Assembly (NCBI GenBank): GCA_022844485.1
Contig: JALHLQ010000003.1
Span: forward strand, 41,921-105,920
DNA: 64,000 bases
Direction of reading: 5' to 3'
From: Xanthobacteraceae bacterium
GTDB lineage: Bacteria > Pseudomonadota > Alphaproteobacteria > Rhizobiales > Xanthobacteraceae
Shown piece after piece: positions 35,547 to 44,845 of the stretch. The notes beneath the pieces were generated by a model that made no database searches, was not told the origin of the DNA, and saw nothing but the letters and a program-made list of their open reading frames with translations. The position numbers and the translations under genes were made by a program. Numbering within the stretch: position 1 is the first letter of the stretch; each line of letters opens with the position of its first letter.

Positions 35547-36662
35547 TCACCCCAGAGCCATCGCGCGCGCCTGATGCTGCGCAAGGTCGGAAACCTGCGC
35601 GTAGCGCGCGGCGGCGCGACGGCAAGTCATGAAAGAATCATAGACCCTGCGATTGAATTCGCTCTGCTCGGCGATCTCTCGCAGCATCGCTTCCGAGGTG
35701 CGCGCCTTGGCCTGCACCACGTCGGCCGGGAACGTTCGTATCTGCACGCCCTCGAGCAGCAGTGTCTCGTAGTTCACCGCATTGTGGTAGGTGAAGTCGC
35801 AATAGGTTTCCCAGCATGAGGCAGCCGCCGCCCGCCGGATCACCTCCTGCAGATCCGGGCCGAGACTTGCGAGCGCCTCCTTGTTGATGCTCGCCTCCAG
35901 CATCGGGCCGATCTCGAGCACGCCGGGCATGTAGTAATAGGGCGCCATCTTGTGCAAGCCGGCCTCGCGATCGTTCCATGGCCCGTTCCATTCGACGGCG
36001 TCGAGCTTGCCGCTTGCCATCGCGGCGGCGATCTCGCCGGGCGGCGTGAGAACCGCATCGACGCCCATTCGCTTGAGCACTTCGCCGCCGAAGCCTCCGG
36101 CGCGCATCCTCAAACCCTTCAGATCTTCGACGCTCTTGATTTCCTTCTTGAACCATCCTCCGGCCTGCGGACCCGTCGTGCCGGCCAGCAAAGGTTGAAC
36201 GCCCGCTTTGGCGTAAGCTTCCTCCCAGAGCGCCTGACCGCCGCCGAAGCGCAGCCAGGCGGCGTGTTCGTGCGCCGTCAATCCGAACGGAACGTTGCCA
36301 AAGAAGCGGAACGACGGATTCTTGGCGGCATGGAAATGCGGCGTTGCGTGCAGCATGTCGGCGCGGCCATCGGATACCGCGTCGAACACGGCCAAGGGCG
36401 GCACCAGTTCGCCGGCGGCGAAGACGCGCACTTTCAATCGGCCGGCGGACATCAGGTCGATCATGTCGGCGAGGCGTTGCGCGTTGGCGCCGAGCCCCGC
36501 CGAGCCTTTCGGCCATGCGGTCACCATGCGCAATTCGCGCGGCGCGCCTTGGGCGCTCACGATCGCAGGCGCCGCCACGACGGCGCCGATGCCCCCTGCT
36601 ACCGTAATCACGTCGCGGCGAGTCATAGCGGGTCGTCCAGCCTCATCCGTACCAATGCTCAT
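35547..36662 (-). CDS. TRAP transporter substrate-binding protein (DctP-like, COG4663 type), orphan
   Basis: ATG at 36662 preceded by GGAGGA. Tat-like signal TRRDVITVAGGIGAVVAAPAIVSAQG. No dctQ or dctM gene is adjacent. Confidence 0.8.
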   Translation of the reverse strand: MSIGTDEAGRPAMTRRDVITVAGGIGAVVAAPAIVSAQGAPRELRMVTAWPKGSAGLGANAQRLADMIDLMSAGRLKVRVFAAGELVPPLAVFDAVSDGRADMLHATPHFHAAKNPSFRFFGNVPFGLTAHEHAAWLRFGGGQALWEEAYAKAGVQPLLAGTTGPQAGGWFKKEIKSVEDLKGLRMRAGGFGGEVLKRMGVDAVLTPPGEIAAAMASGKLDAVEWNGPWNDREAGLHKMAPYYYMPGVLEIGPMLEASINKEALASLGPDLQEVIRRAAAASCWETYCDFTYHNAVNYETLLLEGVQIRTFPADVVQAKARTSEAMLREIAEQSEFNRRVYDSFMTCRRAAARYAQVSDLAQHQARAMALG

Positions 36663-36909
36663 GGGGTCCTCCCTGCCCTCCGTCATTTCACGGAGCGGCG
36701 GGCGGATGTTCGCCGACTTTGCGGCGCTTGGAAAGCAAATCGCGGGCACTCTTTCGGGGAAGCGGACAAGCGTGGCGGAAATCCGCCGGTCCGCTCGAAG
36801 ACCAGCCTCCAGAACATGAGTGATGCAGCAAAGCAACGCTTGCAATCACTGTTAACTCTTCGTTAACAATAGACTTGATCGTCGAGGGGACGCGAGTTTC
36901 AATCCGACC

Positions 36910-37419
36910 ATGAGCACGGTTCTAATAGAGATTCGCCGGGCCAAACCGGCAGACGCGCAAGTCGTTGCGGAGACCCACGATGAGGCGTGGCGCTCTGCTT
37001 ACCAGGGGATCATTCCGGGGCCCGAACTTGAGAAGCTGATCAATCGGCGCGGTCCGGTGTGGTGGGAAAACGCCATTGCCAAGGGCAGCCGCGTCGCGAT
37101 GCTGGGCTTTGGGGACCGGGTGGCCGGATACGTCAACTACGGTCGCAATCGCGCGCGCAGCCTGTTCTATGACGGCGAGATCTACGAGCTCTATCTGCGT
37201 CCAGAATTCCAGGGACTGGGGTTTGGACGCCGTCTTTTCACCGCCGCGCGCCGCGATCTCGCGCAGAGCGGATTGAAGAGCCTCGTCGTCTGGGCGCTGA
37301 CCGACAACGATCCGGCGGTGAACTTCTATCGCGCGCTTGGCGGCCGAGCCGTGGCGCGCTCCTCCGAGCGGTTCGGCACCAAGGTCTTGGATAAGGTCGC
37401 CTACGCCTGGCAGCAGTAG
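36910..37419 (+). CDS. GNAT-family N-acetyltransferase
   Basis: ATG at 36910. Acetyl-CoA binding motif LYLRPEFQGLGFGRRLF. Confidence 0.8.
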   Translation: MSTVLIEIRRAKPADAQVVAETHDEAWRSAYQGIIPGPELEKLINRRGPVWWENAIAKGSRVAMLGFGDRVAGYVNYGRNRARSLFYDGEIYELYLRPEFQGLGFGRRLFTAARRDLAQSGLKSLVVWALTDNDPAVNFYRALGGRAVARSSERFGTKVLDKVAYAWQQ

Positions 37420-37522
37420 CGCGCGATCCCGAAAAGTGGATCCCGGTTTTCGGACAAGATCGCGCGAATCATAGCGCGCGATCCCGAAAAGTGGATCCCG
37501 GTTTTCGGACAGGATCGCGTGC
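37420..37522. repeat. REP-like nested palindrome, two tandem copies
   Basis: gcgcgatcccgaaaagtggatcccggttttcggacaagatcgcgc occurs twice (37420-37465 and 37474-37522), between the convergent GNAT gene and folD. Confidence 0.85.
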
Positions 37523-37551
37523 AACCGCAATCATAGCGCATGAGACGCCGA

Positions 37552-38433
37552 TCAGAGCGTTGTGCTGACGCCGATGATCGTGCAGGCCGCGCGAACGGTA
37601 TTTGCAAGCAGACACGCGATCGTCATCGGCCCGACGCCGCCGGGCACCGGCGTGATGGCCCCGGCGACCTCGCGCGCCTCGCTGTAAGCGACGTCGCCGG
37701 CCAGCCGCGGCTTGCCGCCGGCGCCGGGAACGCGGTTGATGCCCACATCGATCACCGTCGCGCCCGGCTTGATCCAGGCGCCGCGCACCATGTGCGCCTG
37801 GCCGACTGCTGCAAAGACGAGGTCGGCGCGGCGGGAGACAGCGGGCAGGTCCTTCGTTTTCGAGTGCGCAATCGTCACTGTTGCGTTCTCGCGCAGCAAG
37901 AGCTGGGCCAGCGGCTTGCCCACGATGTTCGAGCGGCCGATCACGAGCGCGTCGCGTCCCGCCAGCGAGGGATGAATCGTTTTCGCCAGCATAATGCAGC
38001 CGAGCGGCGTGCACGGCACGAGCCCGGGCAACCCGATCGCAAGCCGCCCGGCATTGAGGGGATGGAATCCGTCGACGTCCTTGGCCGGTTCGATGGCCTC
38101 GATCACCGCTTGCGCATCGATGTGCGGGGGCAGCGGTAGTTGCACCAGGATGCCGTGCACGGCCGCGTTCGAATTCAGATCCGAGATCAACGCCAGCAAA
38201 TCGCGCTGCGTTGTGGCCCCGGACAGCCGATGCACCGAGGATTGCATGCCGGCATCGCGCGTCGCCCGCGCCTTGTTCCGGACATAGATCTCGCTCGCCG
38301 GATTATCGCCGATGAGGATCACCGCAAGCCCCGGCACAAGCCGATGCTCGGCCGCCAGCCGGCGGACCTCCAGCGCAATCTTGATGCGCAATTCTGCGGC
38401 GATCGCCTTGCCGTCGATAATGCACGCGGTCAT
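37552..38433 (-). CDS. folD: Bifunctional methylenetetrahydrofolate dehydrogenase/methenyl-THF cyclohydrolase
   Basis: ATG at 38433. [12 protein letters not shown]..., [21 protein letters not shown] and GRSNIVGKP. Confidence 0.95.
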   Translation of the reverse strand: MTACIIDGKAIAAELRIKIALEVRRLAAEHRLVPGLAVILIGDNPASEIYVRNKARATRDAGMQSSVHRLSGATTQRDLLALISDLNSNAAVHGILVQLPLPPHIDAQAVIEAIEPAKDVDGFHPLNAGRLAIGLPGLVPCTPLGCIMLAKTIHPSLAGRDALVIGRSNIVGKPLAQLLLRENATVTIAHSKTKDLPAVSRRADLVFAAVGQAHMVRGAWIKPGATVIDVGINRVPGAGGKPRLAGDVAYSEAREVAGAITPVPGGVGPMTIACLLANTVRAACTIIGVSTTL

Positions 38434-38449
38434 CGAGATCCCCGGGCTT

Positions 38450-38651
38450 TCACGCTATGGCGCTATCGATGGCGCGTGCGAGCGCAGCACCGTCGCCGAG
38501 GATCCTGAGCCGCTTCACCCGCGCGGTCGCGCCCGAGATGATTTCGATTCGTCGCGCGAGGACCCGCAGCGCTTGCGTCGCGCGCGGCTTTGGGGGCGAG
38601 GCGCACGGTTACGATCAAGCCGTCGCCGGCGGAGGTCCAGACCTTGCTCAA
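38450..38651 (-). pseudogene. Degraded DUF167 (YggU-family) gene with internal deletion and frameshift
   Basis: TTG at 38651 overlaps the yggT stop (TTGA). The product begins [24 protein letters not shown], which is DUF167-like. The family's C-terminus QALRVLARRIEIISGATARVKRLRILGDGAALA appears only in another frame. The middle of the family sequence is missing, and 202 nt is not a multiple of 3. Confidence 0.45.
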
Positions 38652-38938
38652 AAGACGTTCGGATAGATGTAGCGGGCGATGACGCTCTGCAGGAAGAAGA
38701 TGATCAGAATGACGATGATAGGAGAGATGTCGATGCCGCCGAGGTTCGGAAGCATCGAACGAATCGGGCGCAGGACTGGCTCGGTGAGCCGATAAAGGAA
38801 ATCGCCGACCGTCGCCACGAACTGATTGTGCGTGTTGACGACGTTGAAGGCCACGAGCCAGGATAGCACGGCCGAGGCGATCAGGAGCCAGACATAGATT
38901 TGCAGCACAAGAAGAATGACGTCGAGAAGCGCTTTCAT
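38648..38938 (-). CDS. yggT: YggT-family membrane protein
   Basis: ATG at 38938. [35 protein letters not shown]...[22 protein letters not shown] is typical YggT. Confidence 0.8.
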   Translation of the reverse strand: MKALLDVILLVLQIYVWLLIASAVLSWLVAFNVVNTHNQFVATVGDFLYRLTEPVLRPIRSMLPNLGGIDISPIIVILIIFFLQSVIARYIYPNVF

Positions 38939-39117
38939 GTGGCTCAGGCCCCGCCGAAGAATCAGCGGCAGATGTAGCGGGAGCGTGGCCGGCAAACAAG
39001 CGCCGCGCCGAAAGCGGCCGATGTTCGGCTTCTTGACAGCGCGGAACCCCCCGCCCTAAATGCCCCGCATCTCGCCGGGTCGCGGATACTGGATCGCCGT
39101 GAACCAGACCCGCTTGC

Positions 39118-39193
39118 GGGGCCGTAGCTCAGCTGGGAGAGCGCCGCAATCGCACTGCGGAGGTCAGGGGTTCAAATCCCCTCGGCTCCACCA
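39118..39193 (+). tRNA. tRNA-Ala (anticodon CGC)
   Basis: A 76-nt cloverleaf folded by hand: acceptor GGGGCCG/CGGCTCC with the G3:U70 Ala identity pair, anticodon loop ATCGCAC, T-loop TTCAAAT, and an encoded CCA. Confidence 0.9.
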
Positions 39194-39285
39194 TTCCATC
39201 GACCGCCAGTTCGACGATCGCGGCCGGGGCTGGTCCCGGCTCGCGCTTTGTAATTTCCCGGCGTGACGTCGGACCTGACGAGGCC

Positions 39286-39672
39286 ATGAGCGACATCGAA
39301 TACCTCCGTTCCAACGCCGTGCTGCCGCCTGAGCTTCCATTTTCCGACGGCGTGCGCGTCGGCGATCTTATCATCCTTTCGGGGCAGGTCGGCATCCGGC
39401 CCGGGACGCTCGAACTGGTGGCGGGCGGGATCGAGCTTCAAACCCGGCAGACCTTTGAGAACTTGCGCCTGACCCTCGAGCGCCACGGCTTGAGTCTGCG
39501 CGACGTCGTGCGCGTGCAAGTCATGCTGGCCGACATGGCCGATTGGCCGAGCTTCAACGCAATCTATCGAGAGTTCTTTTCCGAGCCCTGGCCCGCGCGC
39601 AGCGCGTTTGGCGCGAACGGCCTTGCCCTTGGCGCGCGCGTTGAAGTCGAAGTGTTTGCCGCGAGACGCTGA
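39286..39672 (+). CDS. RidA/YjgF-family reactive intermediate deaminase
   Basis: 128 aa. Motifs GDLIILSGQVG, QTRQTFENL and ARSAFGANGLALGARVEVE. Confidence 0.85.
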   Translation: MSDIEYLRSNAVLPPELPFSDGVRVGDLIILSGQVGIRPGTLELVAGGIELQTRQTFENLRLTLERHGLSLRDVVRVQVMLADMADWPSFNAIYREFFSEPWPARSAFGANGLALGARVEVEVFAARR

Positions 39673-40386
39673 TTACTCTGCTGCCTGGAGCAGCGGGTCT
39701 TGGCGTCCGATCCAATGGTCGAGAAACGCCGCGAGCCAATTCCGATTGGCGTAATCGTAAGCGGCGCGATCCTGAAAATGCGTCGGCCTCGGCCTGGCGC
39801 CCGGCAGCGAGAGCCGCTCATGCCCGCGCGTGGTCCAGCGGCACATGATCGCGTGCGTCACCTCGGGATGGAACTGAAGCGCATAGGCACTGCCGAACCG
39901 AAAGGCCTGGACCGGGAACGTATCGCCCTCGGCGAGCACTTCTCCGCCGGCAGGCGGATCAAACCCTTCCCGATGCCACTGATAGACCTGCTCCGGCCAG
40001 GCGCAACAGACCTCGCGGCCAATCGGCGTCGGACGGATCGGGTAATAGCCGATCTCGGCCCGTCCCCCGGGATGCGGATAGACGCGGGCGCCCAAGTGTC
40101 GCGCCAACATCTGCGCACCGAGACAGACGCCGAGAAATGGTTTTTGCTCGGCGAGGGGAACCGCGAGCCATTCGATCTCCTGCCGAATGTATCCGTCTTC
40201 ATCATTGGCGCTCATCGGACCGCCGAAGATGACGACGCCGACATGCTCCTCAAGCGAGGGCGGCAGCGCGTCCCCGAAGCGGGGGCGGCGAACGTCGAGC
40301 GTGTATCCTCGCGATCTGAGCGCGTGCCCGATGCGACCGGCGGTCGAGTGCTCCTGGTGGAGAATGATGAGGATCGGATCGGACAT
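39673..40386 (-). CDS. Class I glutamine amidotransferase-like protein (GMP synthase GATase-domain type)
   Basis: ATG at 40386. Motifs GVCLGAQMLA (nucleophile elbow Cys) and LQFHPEV. Confidence 0.8.
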   Translation of the reverse strand: MSDPILIILHQEHSTAGRIGHALRSRGYTLDVRRPRFGDALPPSLEEHVGVVIFGGPMSANDEDGYIRQEIEWLAVPLAEQKPFLGVCLGAQMLARHLGARVYPHPGGRAEIGYYPIRPTPIGREVCCAWPEQVYQWHREGFDPPAGGEVLAEGDTFPVQAFRFGSAYALQFHPEVTHAIMCRWTTRGHERLSLPGARPRPTHFQDRAAYDYANRNWLAAFLDHWIGRQDPLLQAAE

Positions 40387-40463
40387 CGAATTGCTGGAGC
40401 TGTGCGAATGGCGCGAACGGATATAAGGATATAAGGAAACCACTAGCCGGTTAACGACGGATT

Positions 40464-41291
40464 TCAAGCCCGCGGGGATGGTTTACGTGGCCAAATGGAA
40501 TCCTTCGAATTGCGCCGACCCTGGGATTGCATGACCGCCCATCGTAGAATCCCCCGGGGGACAAAGCGCGGTACCCAGGAGACCAATTTTGTCCCGGTAC
40601 CGGGTACGATGAGCGCGCGCCCGGCCATCAGCCCTTGATAGGCTTCCGCGGCGACCCGCTCCGGCGCCACGTCCAGCATCCGCGGCAGTTCTCCCGGCCT
40701 GATGCCCGCGCGCGCCTGAAAACCGGTCGGGACCGGACCTGGGCAAAGCGCGGTGACGCGGACACCCTTGGCTTTCATCTCCTCGTGCAGCGCTTCGGTG
40801 AACGACAGCACATAAGCCTTGGTGGCGTAATAGACCGCCATGCCGGGCCCGGGCATAAACCCGGCCAACGAGGCGACGTTGAGGATTCCGCCCTGATGAC
40901 GGGCGATGCTATCGCTCCAGCGGAGCGACAAATCCGTGAGGGCCCGCACGTTGAGATCGATCATCGCGAGCTGTTCGCCGCGATCGAGCTCGGTCGCCTG
41001 CCCGATCAAGCCGAAGCCTGCATTGTTGACGACGAATTGCGGCTCGAGGCCTCGCCCCAGGAGTTCATGGGCGATGCGCGCGGGCGCATCGGCGCGCAAC
41101 AGGTCGACCAGGAGCACATGCGGGCGGACTTTCGTGCGCAGGGCCAGTTCGGACGCGAGCAGCGTCATCTCCTGCTCGCGCCGCGCGACCATCGCGACCT
41201 CGTGCCCATGCTCGGCAAAAACGCGCACGAGCGCGGAACCGATGCCGGAGGACGCGCCGGTGACGATCGTGACCGGCTTGAAGATGGACAT
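40464..41291 (-). CDS. Short-chain dehydrogenase/reductase
   Basis: ATG at 41291. Motifs TGASSGIGSAL, NNAG and YYATKAY (YxxxK). Confidence 0.85.
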   Translation of the reverse strand: MSIFKPVTIVTGASSGIGSALVRVFAEHGHEVAMVARREQEMTLLASELALRTKVRPHVLLVDLLRADAPARIAHELLGRGLEPQFVVNNAGFGLIGQATELDRGEQLAMIDLNVRALTDLSLRWSDSIARHQGGILNVASLAGFMPGPGMAVYYATKAYVLSFTEALHEEMKAKGVRVTALCPGPVPTGFQARAGIRPGELPRMLDVAPERVAAEAYQGLMAGRALIVPGTGTKLVSWVPRFVPRGILRWAVMQSQGRRNSKDSIWPRKPSPRA

Positions 41292-41317
41292 GGGCGCTCC
41301 CGATTGTGTGTCGCGAC

Positions 41318-41785
41318 CTATTCGCCGGCGTCGGCTTGCGCAGCCGCCACTTGCCGCCTGATCTCCACGCGATGGCGCGAAGGCACGTGCAGAAGATCGG
41401 CGACGCGCCAGACGAGATTGTCTTCGAATTCGTTGACGCGGCCGTCGACCAGCACGACCTGCCACAGCATCTCAACCATCCGGCGGCGGCCTGCGTCGTC
41501 CAGCACGCGATCGAGCAGACTCGTGAAGCGATGAAGGTCTACGGCTTCGCGCTCTGCGTCCATCGCCTCCGCGATCAGCTCACTGGCCGCTTCCTGGTCC
41601 AGCTTGAACCGATCCATCAACACTGCTTGCAGCTTCTCGCGTTCGGAATCCGCGACCGAGCCGTCGATCGTCGTGGCGTGCACCAAAAGCGCGGCCGAGG
41701 CCAGACGATAGTCATTGTCGTCGAAACGCTCGGCCTTGGAGCCGTCGGTGAGTTCGGCAAGGAGGGACTTCAGTGCCGCCAGCAT
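41318..41785 (-). CDS. TerB-family (tellurite-resistance-like) protein
   Basis: ATG at 41785. ASAALLVHATTIDGSVADSEREKL... and MLWQVVLVDGRVNEFEDNLVWRVADLL are TerB-like repeats. Confidence 0.7.
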   Translation of the reverse strand: MLAALKSLLAELTDGSKAERFDDNDYRLASAALLVHATTIDGSVADSEREKLQAVLMDRFKLDQEAASELIAEAMDAEREAVDLHRFTSLLDRVLDDAGRRRMVEMLWQVVLVDGRVNEFEDNLVWRVADLLHVPSRHRVEIRRQVAAAQADAGE

Positions 41786-41949
41786 CGGGATGTCCAGGCG
41801 TGAACGATCTTCCCGCTTCGCACGTCCGGCTGGGCGAGTAAAGCGCACCCGCCGCATGGGTGACCGGACATGGAGAGCGCGCGCGGCCTTGCCAGACCGG
41901 CCGGCGAAGTGAAACCCGGTTCGCCGCAAGAACCCAAACAAAACCCGCT

Positions 41950-42606
41950 CTAGGCGGAGCGCAGCGTCGGTCCAACGCGCAGATACGCCGAGTGTACGTG
42001 CTCATGCATCAGGGCGGCGGCGCTGTCGGCCTCGCCCTGTTCCATCGCGCTCAGAATCGCCGCGTGCTCCTGCCAGACCTTGCGCGACAGATCCGGATAG
42101 CGCAGCACCTCCCGCATGGTCCGCCGCAAGTGATGCCAGTTCAGCCGCATGGTCTCGGCGATCAGGAGATTTCCGGAAAGTTCGTAGACGAACGAGTGGA
42201 ACTCGATGTCGGCCTGCACGAGCGCCCGCCCGTCGCCGGTTTTCAGCACCTCGTTGCCGCGCGCGATCAGGGCGCGGCCTCGCGCCGCGGCCTCGGCCGT
42301 CATGCGCGCAACGGCAAGCCGTACCGCCAAGGGCTCGATCGCGGTGCGGAACTGGTAGATCGCCTCGAAGTGGTTTGGATCGAGCGGGGCGACGGCGACC
42401 CCGCGCCGTCCCACGTCGCGCACGAATCCCTGCGCTTTCAGGACCAGCAGCGCGTTATTGATCGGTTGGCGCGAGACATTCAGGCGCTCCGCGATGTCGG
42501 CCTGCGTCAGCCGCTCCCCGGGTTTCAGCGTGCCGTCGCCGATTGCGTCGAGAATGGTTTCGTAGGCCTGCTCGACCAGCGTTCTTGGATTGACGAGAGA
42601 TTCCAC
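41950..42606 (-). CDS. GntR-family transcriptional regulator (FadR/FCD subfamily)
   Basis: GTG at 42606. wHTH motif GTLKPGERLTQADIAERLNVSRQPINNALLVLKAQGFV followed by an all-helical FCD domain. Divergent from the mutase operon. Confidence 0.85.
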   Translation of the reverse strand: MESLVNPRTLVEQAYETILDAIGDGTLKPGERLTQADIAERLNVSRQPINNALLVLKAQGFVRDVGRRGVAVAPLDPNHFEAIYQFRTAIEPLAVRLAVARMTAEAAARGRALIARGNEVLKTGDGRALVQADIEFHSFVYELSGNLLIAETMRLNWHHLRRTMREVLRYPDLSRKVWQEHAAILSAMEQGEADSAAALMHEHVHSAYLRVGPTLRSA

Positions 42607-42696
42607 GAGTGCCCCTGGTTGCTGGGAAGCGCCCCTTGACCGGGATGCCCCTATAGAATACAGAATACCGTATGTCGAGAGAGAAGGAAAGCGCTA

Positions 42697-43104
42697 ATGG
42701 ATGCCCCAATTCGCGTTCTGCTCGCCAAGGTCGGTCTCGACGGCCATGACCGTGGCGTGAAGGTTGTCGCCCGCGCCCTGCGCGACGCGGGCATGGACGT
42801 GATCTACACGGGGCTCCACCGGACGCCCGACGAGGTCGTCACCGCCGCGATCCAGGAAGACGTCGACGTTCTTGGAATCAGTCTGCTTTCCGGCGTGCAG
42901 ATGACGGTGTTTCCGAAAATCTTCGACAAGCTGAAACGGGAGGGTGCAGACGACATGATCGTCGTCGCGGGCGGCGTCATGCCGGACGAGGACGTGGCCG
43001 CCCTCAAAAAACTCGGCGTCGCCGAAGTCATGCTGCAGGACACGCCGCCGCAGGCGATTGTCGATCGGCTGCGGCAACTCGTGAATGAACGCGGGGCGAG
43101 GTAG
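42697..43104 (+). CDS. hcmB: Acyl-CoA mutase small subunit, B12-binding domain (HcmB-like)
   Basis: ATG at 42697, with an upstream GAAGGAAA. 135 aa. Base-off/His-on motif DGHDRG, and GISLLSG. Confidence 0.8.
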   Translation: MDAPIRVLLAKVGLDGHDRGVKVVARALRDAGMDVIYTGLHRTPDEVVTAAIQEDVDVLGISLLSGVQMTVFPKIFDKLKREGADDMIVVAGGVMPDEDVAALKKLGVAEVMLQDTPPQAIVDRLRQLVNERGAR

Positions 43105-43107
43105 GGC

Positions 43108-44832
43108 GTGCCGCAACTGCCCGCCGACGACAGCGTTGCCGCGGCGATTGCCGGCCTTTTGCGCGCGCGCGGCGTCGAGCGGGTGTTCGCCTTGTGCGGC
43201 GGGCACATCATGCCGCTCTGGATGCACATCGACGCGGCAGGCATTCCGATCGTCGACGTGCGTGACGAGCGCGCGGCCGTGCATATGGCGCAAGCGCACG
43301 CCGACGTCACGGGGAGGCTGGGCGTCGCGCTTGTGACCGCCGGGCCCGGCGTCACCAACGCCATGACCGGCATTGCCAATGCGTTTGTGTCGCGCGCGCC
43401 GGTGCTGATCCTCTCGGGCGCCCCGCCGCGCGCGCAGATTGGCCGCGGTGCGCTGCAGGACCTTGATCATTCGCGACTCGTTGCGTCGATCACGCGCTAC
43501 GCTCGCACGATCGCCGAACCCTCGCTCGCGATTCGTGAGCTCGACGAGGCGATTGCCTGCGCCTTCGGCGACGGCGGCGAACCCGGACCGGTCTTTCTCG
43601 ATTTTCCTGTCGACGTCCTGCGGGCTCCCGCCACGCTTGCGAGCGAGGAGCATCGGCGCGCGAAACCGCGCCCTGCCCTTGCGCCGAGCGAGGCGGAGGT
43701 GGCGCGCGCCGTTGAATTGATCTGGTCGGCCAGGCGGCCTTTGGTGGTTTCCGGACGCGGCGCGCGCGGCGCCGGCCGTGAACTCGCGCAGTTCCTCGAT
43801 CGGACCGGCGCGCTCTACCTCGACACCGGAGAGAGCCGCGGGCTCATCGCCGACGATCACCCCTCCGTCGTCGCTTCGATGCGCGGCGCCGTGATGGGGG
43901 AGGCCGATCTCGTCGTCACCATTGGCCGGCGGCTCGATTTTCAGCTCGCCTACGGCTCGCCGGCCGTGTTCGGCGAGGCGAAATTCGTCCGCATCGCCGA
44001 TGCGCCCTCGGAGCTGCGCGACAACCGCCGCGGCGCGGCGGAAATCTTCGCCTCGCCGGCCCTCGCTCTCTCGGCCATGGTGGCGAACGCCGCGAACCGC
44101 TTGCCGGCGCTCGATCAGGCCTGGATCGACCGGATGCGGACGGGACACAGGGAGCGCGTCACGAAACTGCGGCAATCGATGGCGGCCGCGCCGGCGGACC
44201 GCGACGGGCGCATGCATCCGAACCGGCTGCTCGCCGCCATTCAGGACAAGCTCGGACCTGACGCGATCGTCGTCACCGACGGCGGCGATTTCCTGAGCTT
44301 TGCCCGCGTGGGTTTGTCGGCGCCGACCATGCTCGATCCCGGTCCCTTCGGCTGCATCGGCGTCGGCCTGCCCTATGGCATCGCCGCGAGCATGGCCTGC
44401 CCCGATCGTCCGGTCGTCGTGGCGACCGGGGACGGCGCCTTCGGCTTCAACGCCATCGAGCTGGATACCGCCGTCCGCCACCGCGCGCCGGTCGTCGTCG
44501 TGGTCGCCAACAATGGCGCCTGGCAGATCGAAGTGCACGATCAGACCGTCACCTATGGCAAGGTCGTCGGGACCAGGCTGCAGTTTGCCGATCACGCGGC
44601 CATGGCGCGCGCCTTCGGCATGTATGCGGAGCGAATCGAAAGCCCGGACGATCTGCCCGCCGCGCTCGACCGCGCCTTTGCCAATCGCCCCGCTTTGCTC
44701 GACGTGGTGGTGACGACCGACGCCGTGTCCTCCGACGCCAAGTCGGGCCTGGCCTGGGTTCCTGATTTGCAGCCGCTGGCCGCCTGGGACGAGGCCGAAC
44801 GGCGGTGGCGCGCGGCGGGTGCAAGACAATGA
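43108..44832 (+). CDS. Thiamine-diphosphate enzyme of the oxalyl-CoA decarboxylase/2-hydroxyacyl-CoA lyase type
   Basis: GTG at 43108, 4 nt after the hcmB stop. ThDP motif GDGAFGFNAIELDTAVRHRAPVVVVVANNGA. RGLIADDHPSV and IGRRLDFQLAYG resemble my memory of OXC (KGLLPDNHPQS, IGARLNWLMQHG) more than acetolactate synthase. Confidence 0.8.
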   Translation: MPQLPADDSVAAAIAGLLRARGVERVFALCGGHIMPLWMHIDAAGIPIVDVRDERAAVHMAQAHADVTGRLGVALVTAGPGVTNAMTGIANAFVSRAPVLILSGAPPRAQIGRGALQDLDHSRLVASITRYARTIAEPSLAIRELDEAIACAFGDGGEPGPVFLDFPVDVLRAPATLASEEHRRAKPRPALAPSEAEVARAVELIWSARRPLVVSGRGARGAGRELAQFLDRTGALYLDTGESRGLIADDHPSVVASMRGAVMGEADLVVTIGRRLDFQLAYGSPAVFGEAKFVRIADAPSELRDNRRGAAEIFASPALALSAMVANAANRLPALDQAWIDRMRTGHRERVTKLRQSMAAAPADRDGRMHPNRLLAAIQDKLGPDAIVVTDGGDFLSFARVGLSAPTMLDPGPFGCIGVGLPYGIAASMACPDRPVVVATGDGAFGFNAIELDTAVRHRAPVVVVVANNGAWQIEVHDQTVTYGKVVGTRLQFADHAAMARAFGMYAERIESPDDLPAALDRAFANRPALLDVVVTTDAVSSDAKSGLAWVPDLQPLAAWDEAERRWRAAGARQ

Positions 44833-44845
44833 CGCTCAGGAGAGC

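Noticed and set aside
35547-36845. The long N-terminal extension of the TRAP binding-protein ORF. Similar upstream extensions occur in the ORF track for 1845-3326, 16118-17158, 39673-40467, 40464-41465, 41318-41941, 50543-51523 and 56334-57932.
   Set aside because: In each case an internal ATG, GTG or TTG start with a Shine-Dalgarno-like sequence is followed immediately by the family-typical N-terminus or signal peptide. The upstream extension is basic, low-complexity sequence.
42607-42696. Cobalamin riboswitch upstream of the B12-dependent mutase operon.
   Set aside because: The intergenic region is only about 90 bp, is shared with the divergent GntR gene, and shows no B12-box-like conserved core that I can recognise. 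Regulation by the GntR/FCD protein is more plausible.
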